From the NCBI GenBank assembly GCA_963815455.1, contig CAWFGO010000001.1, forward strand, positions 768,001 through 832,000: a stretch of 64,000 bases of DNA, read 5' to 3'. The notes below the pieces were generated by a model. The model did not search any database and had not been told where the DNA came from. It saw nothing but the letters and a program-made list of their open reading frames with translations. This DNA is from an uncultured Verrucomicrobiae bacterium. GTDB lineage: Bacteria; Verrucomicrobiota; Verrucomicrobiia; Chthoniobacterales; UBA10450. Position numbers and translations under genes: made by a program. The stretch's first letter is position 1. Every line of letters begins with the position of its first letter. Below are positions 61,217 through 64,000 of the stretch, one piece after another.

Positions 61217-61620
61217 CGCCTTCGCCGAGGCTCCGGCGGGCGGGCCCGCTTCATTTCGATTTTCGATCTCTGCGGCCACCACCTAATCCGGTCGATCCAG
61301 GCGGCATGCTGGTTGCTAAACGGGGTCCCAATGAATTCGAACATCGACTTCAACGAACAATTTGAATCTTTCAAGGCAGCTTCAACTCTTTGGGAACGAA
61401 TCCTGACCGCGGAAGAGCTGCGCAACTGCGACGATCTCAAAAATTGGTGGCCGGGTGTGAGATCATAGCCGCGCTGGACGGCAGAGATCTTCTGGCCGCC
61501 TAGCATCTTGTTGCTCTAGCCAGGTCCAAGAGAGCGGCTTATAGCCGCAGTTGTCGATCTTTGCTTGAGCGAGGTGTGGTCTCGCTTACAATCGCAAATC
61601 GACAATCGAAAATCTTCTCT

Positions 61621-61697
61621 GTGCCTGTAGCTCAACTGGATAGAGCTTCTGACTTCGGATCAGAAGGTTGGGGGTTCGAATCCCTCCAGGCACGCCA
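61621..61697 (+). tRNA. tRNA-Arg(TCG)
   Basis: acceptor GTGCCTG/CAGGCAC, anticodon stem TCTGA/TCAGA with loop CTTCGGA, GGTTCGAATCC, encoded CCA. Confidence 0.95.
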
Positions 61698-61811
61698 TTT
61701 CCATTTTGATCTTGGATTGGCAATTTCGGATTGCCGGTTCCCATTCGCACAATCTGCTCGAACAAATCGGATCCACAGATTACTACAATATGGCCGGAGA
61801 AAACGAACCCT

Positions 61812-62408
61812 ATGAATGCAAAGTTCATTATCAGAATCGTCCTTATCTTGTCTTTGGCGTTGGGCTCAGTTGCTCGCGCGACCGCAAATCCCAAAAAGAA
61901 AACCGAGATCGCCGCGGCAATCGAAAATTACATCGACAACACCAGCAAGAGGTCCGCTGACGGACGATTCAATGTGAAATATCAAGGCAGGAACCTGGGA
62001 TTTCCTCCTCCGTTTCTTCCAGTTGTTATGTCTCCAATCGCCAGAATCGGACATCATGTCTTGCATGAATTGACCACGCCAGCCTCTATGGGAGACACCA
62101 CGTCGGCAACCAATGAAACCGCGACCTACATGGTATCTCTGCCTGACGGAAAACTCGTGTGGGCTCGAATAAAAGATGGCACCTTAATACTGGTGCATGA
62201 CGAACGGCTCTTCAGTCTCGGCGGCGGAAGCTATTCTGTTTGCGTGGATATGATAGGCGGTGACGGCCGGGTTTACGACGTTGATTTCGTTTTCAATCGA
62301 TCGCCCGGAAATGTGAGAGTGACCGAAACTTCCATGCATAGGGTCGACCGGAAACCACTTTACGACTGGAGAAAAGAAGGCGGCGTCTGGAAGAAATCCA
62401 AGACTTAG
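61812..62408 (+). CDS. secreted hypothetical protein
   Basis: signal peptide MNAKF..VARA; C-terminal CVDM..YDVDF..H..YDW motif-like region. Confidence 0.65.
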   Translation: MNAKFIIRIVLILSLALGSVARATANPKKKTEIAAAIENYIDNTSKRSADGRFNVKYQGRNLGFPPPFLPVVMSPIARIGHHVLHELTTPASMGDTTSATNETATYMVSLPDGKLVWARIKDGTLILVHDERLFSLGGGSYSVCVDMIGGDGRVYDVDFVFNRSPGNVRVTETSMHRVDRKPLYDWRKEGGVWKKSKT

Positions 62409-62481
62409 CATCCTCGGAGGGTACAAAACCCAATCAACAAATCTGCGATTGCGGATTAGCGATTGTCGAGCACCCCATCAA

Positions 62482-63189
62482 ATGAAGAGTCGCGCAGGCC
62501 GCTCCCAGCTTGATTCAACGATCGTCGAGATCGAGCTCACGTTGGTCAGCATCATCCAGGGCGTCGCGCTGATGGTGTTGATCGAAAGTGCCCGCGATAT
62601 CATTTCCGAGCACCGCCTGATTTTTCTCCCTTATGTCTTCAGCGGCTTGTTTATCATTTTTATTTTCTGGTCGCGAGCAGTGCTGCACATCATCACTGTC
62701 ATTCGATGGCCTCTGGAATTTGGGCATAACTTTCTCTACATCGCGTGCGCGCTCGTTGAAGCGATTCTCCTCGCGCAATTAGCGAAACCCCTGACCTGGT
62801 TTGAATTCGGCGCCGTATTTATCGCCACGGGATGGGTCCTGTTCTTTTACGACCTGCGTCTTATTTACGCTCGGATGCGGGACAGCGCGGGCGAAGCGAG
62901 CAACCGCCTTTGCCAGCTAGTCCGGCGCGATCAGTGGCTCAATCTGGCGCTGCTGTTGCCCGGGGTGTTTATCCTAAACGTGGCGTGCACCATCTTTATC
63001 CGGCTGCGACCGGACTTCTTCCTGGCCCGCAACGGCCACATCTGGCTCATAGCGATTCAGCTCGTTTCCTTTGCCGGGTATCTTTTCTACATCGTAAAAT
63101 TTTATACGGGTCTGGCGCCGTTTATAGCGCGGGCCCACGCGGAATGGCGGGCCAAAGGCGACACGGACGATTCTGAAAACGTGGCATAG
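62482..63189 (+). CDS. hypothetical multi-pass membrane protein
   Basis: about 6 TM segments; IELTLVSIIQGVAL, WSR..H..RWP. Confidence 0.75.
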   Translation: MKSRAGRSQLDSTIVEIELTLVSIIQGVALMVLIESARDIISEHRLIFLPYVFSGLFIIFIFWSRAVLHIITVIRWPLEFGHNFLYIACALVEAILLAQLAKPLTWFEFGAVFIATGWVLFFYDLRLIYARMRDSAGEASNRLCQLVRRDQWLNLALLLPGVFILNVACTIFIRLRPDFFLARNGHIWLIAIQLVSFAGYLFYIVKFYTGLAPFIARAHAEWRAKGDTDDSENVA

Positions 63190-63196
63190 GGGCATA

Positions 63197-64000
63197 GTGA
63201 TCTTCGGGCTGGCCGGCATTGTGATGTCGATCCTGGCCTGGCGGTGCGTGCGCGACCCGAAAATTAATTTTTTGGCGGCTGATGACCGGGCGTCGTGGAT
63301 TGTTTTTCCAACCGCCGCTGATGCCACGCTGCATCGCTTTGCCAGCATCGACACGACTTTCCGGCGCGAGTTTATTCTGAATAATTTACCGCCGGCAGCG
63401 CGCCTGAGCATTCGCGCGGCCAGGCGTGCTGAAGTGAAAATCAACGGCCGGCCAGTGGAAATCGACGCAAACCGGAATTGGAAAAATGTTTCGAGCGTTA
63501 ACGTCCAGGCCTTCTTGCAAACGGGCCGGAACCTGATCGAAGCGCGCGTTTTTAACCACACTGGGCCGCCCGCACTGTCGCTCGTTTTCGATTCGAACCA
63601 GCTTACGTTTGGAAGCGACCAAGCCTGGGAAGCCTCCATTGCCGGATCGGCCTGGCGCCACGCCGTTCCCGCCTCGACACCGAAAATTTCGGGCCCGGGA
63701 AATCCGATTGCCGGCGGCGAGCAAACGTTCCGATCTTCGGCAAAGATTTGGCCGATCTGGATTGTGTTCGCCGCGATCGGCGCTGTTACCTGGGTAGCCA
63801 CCGGCTTGGGGCCGATTCGACAACGGTCCACAGCGCCGTGGCTACAGAACGCAGTCCTAGTTTTCGTCGTGGGTGTCTGGCTAATCCTGTTTTGGAACAA
63901 TGCACGACTGTTGCCTTATCATGCCGGGTTCGATTCCCAGGATCACCTTGCCTACATCAAGTATATCCAGGAAAACCGAGCGCTGCCGTTGCCCAACCAG
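63197..64000 (+). CDS. membrane protein with periplasmic sugar-binding-like domain and start of a GT-C-like domain (runs off window end; not in ORF track)
   Basis: frame read by hand is open to the window end: TM, ASWI..FRREF..VKING..LQTGRNLI jelly-roll-like segment, TMs, then GFDSQDHLAYIKYIQENRALP; start codon uncertain. Confidence 0.65.
   Translation, partial: MIFGLAGIVMSILAWRCVRDPKINFLAADDRASWIVFPTAADATLHRFASIDTTFRREFILNNLPPAARLSIRAARRAEVKINGRPVEIDANRNWKNVSSVNVQAFLQTGRNLIEARVFNHTGPPALSLVFDSNQLTFGSDQAWEASIAGSAWRHAVPASTPKISGPGNPIAGGEQTFRSSAKIWPIWIVFAAIGAVTWVATGLGPIRQRSTAPWLQNAVLVFVVGVWLILFWNNARLLPYHAGFDSQDHLAYIKYIQENRALPLPNQ
63794..63845. repeat. GTAG-type REP-like element in frame within the last CDS
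   Basis: GTAGCCAC..GTGGCTAC inverted ends; encodes VATGLGPIRQRSTAPWL between two TM helices. Confidence 0.65.

Noticed and set aside
61331..61468. 45-aa ORF MNSNIDFNEQFESFKAAS.. between the two tRNAs
   Set aside because: It could be a small protein, but has no recognisable motif or clear RBS, so it is not supportable.
61217..62408. Integrative element or prophage at the tRNA genes
   Set aside because: No integrase and no duplicated tRNA 3' end (att site) is visible in the window.

Overview
This is a GC-rich bacterial chromosome segment, most likely from Verrucomicrobiota (Chthoniobacterales/Spartobacteria-like). The evidence is the PVC-superphylum small basic protein, an LpxL-WaaF fusion, PEP-CTERM proteins and tRNA-Arg(UCG). 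The backbone is housekeeping: nadB, panC, dsbD, ltaE, putA, proS, frr, pyrH, fmt, rplU-rpmA, rsmI, rplM-rpsI, rnpB, acnA, ddl, tRNA-His and tRNA-Arg. Many conserved genes, including the essential proS, carry single-base frameshifts, which points to uncorrected assembly indels. Two things stand out. (1) An ~11 kb locus (19.5-30.6 kb) interleaves three Ser/Thr-rich PEP-CTERM genes with three TMTC-like (GT-C membrane domain + TPR) putative protein O-glycosyltransferases and an alkaline-phosphatase-superfamily/TPR enzyme. Two of the PEP-CTERM genes share a palindromic promoter motif and a related terminator. This is a candidate surface-glycoprotein modification system. (2) Several families of short non-autonomous palindromic repeats (GTAG-REP-like, GTCAT..ATGAC, GCCGTAGC..GAAGGC) and 7-9-mer microrepeats occur between genes, in frame inside proteins, nested inside each other, and inside an expanded ~514-nt RNase P RNA. 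All calls come from reading the sequence; no searches were run.
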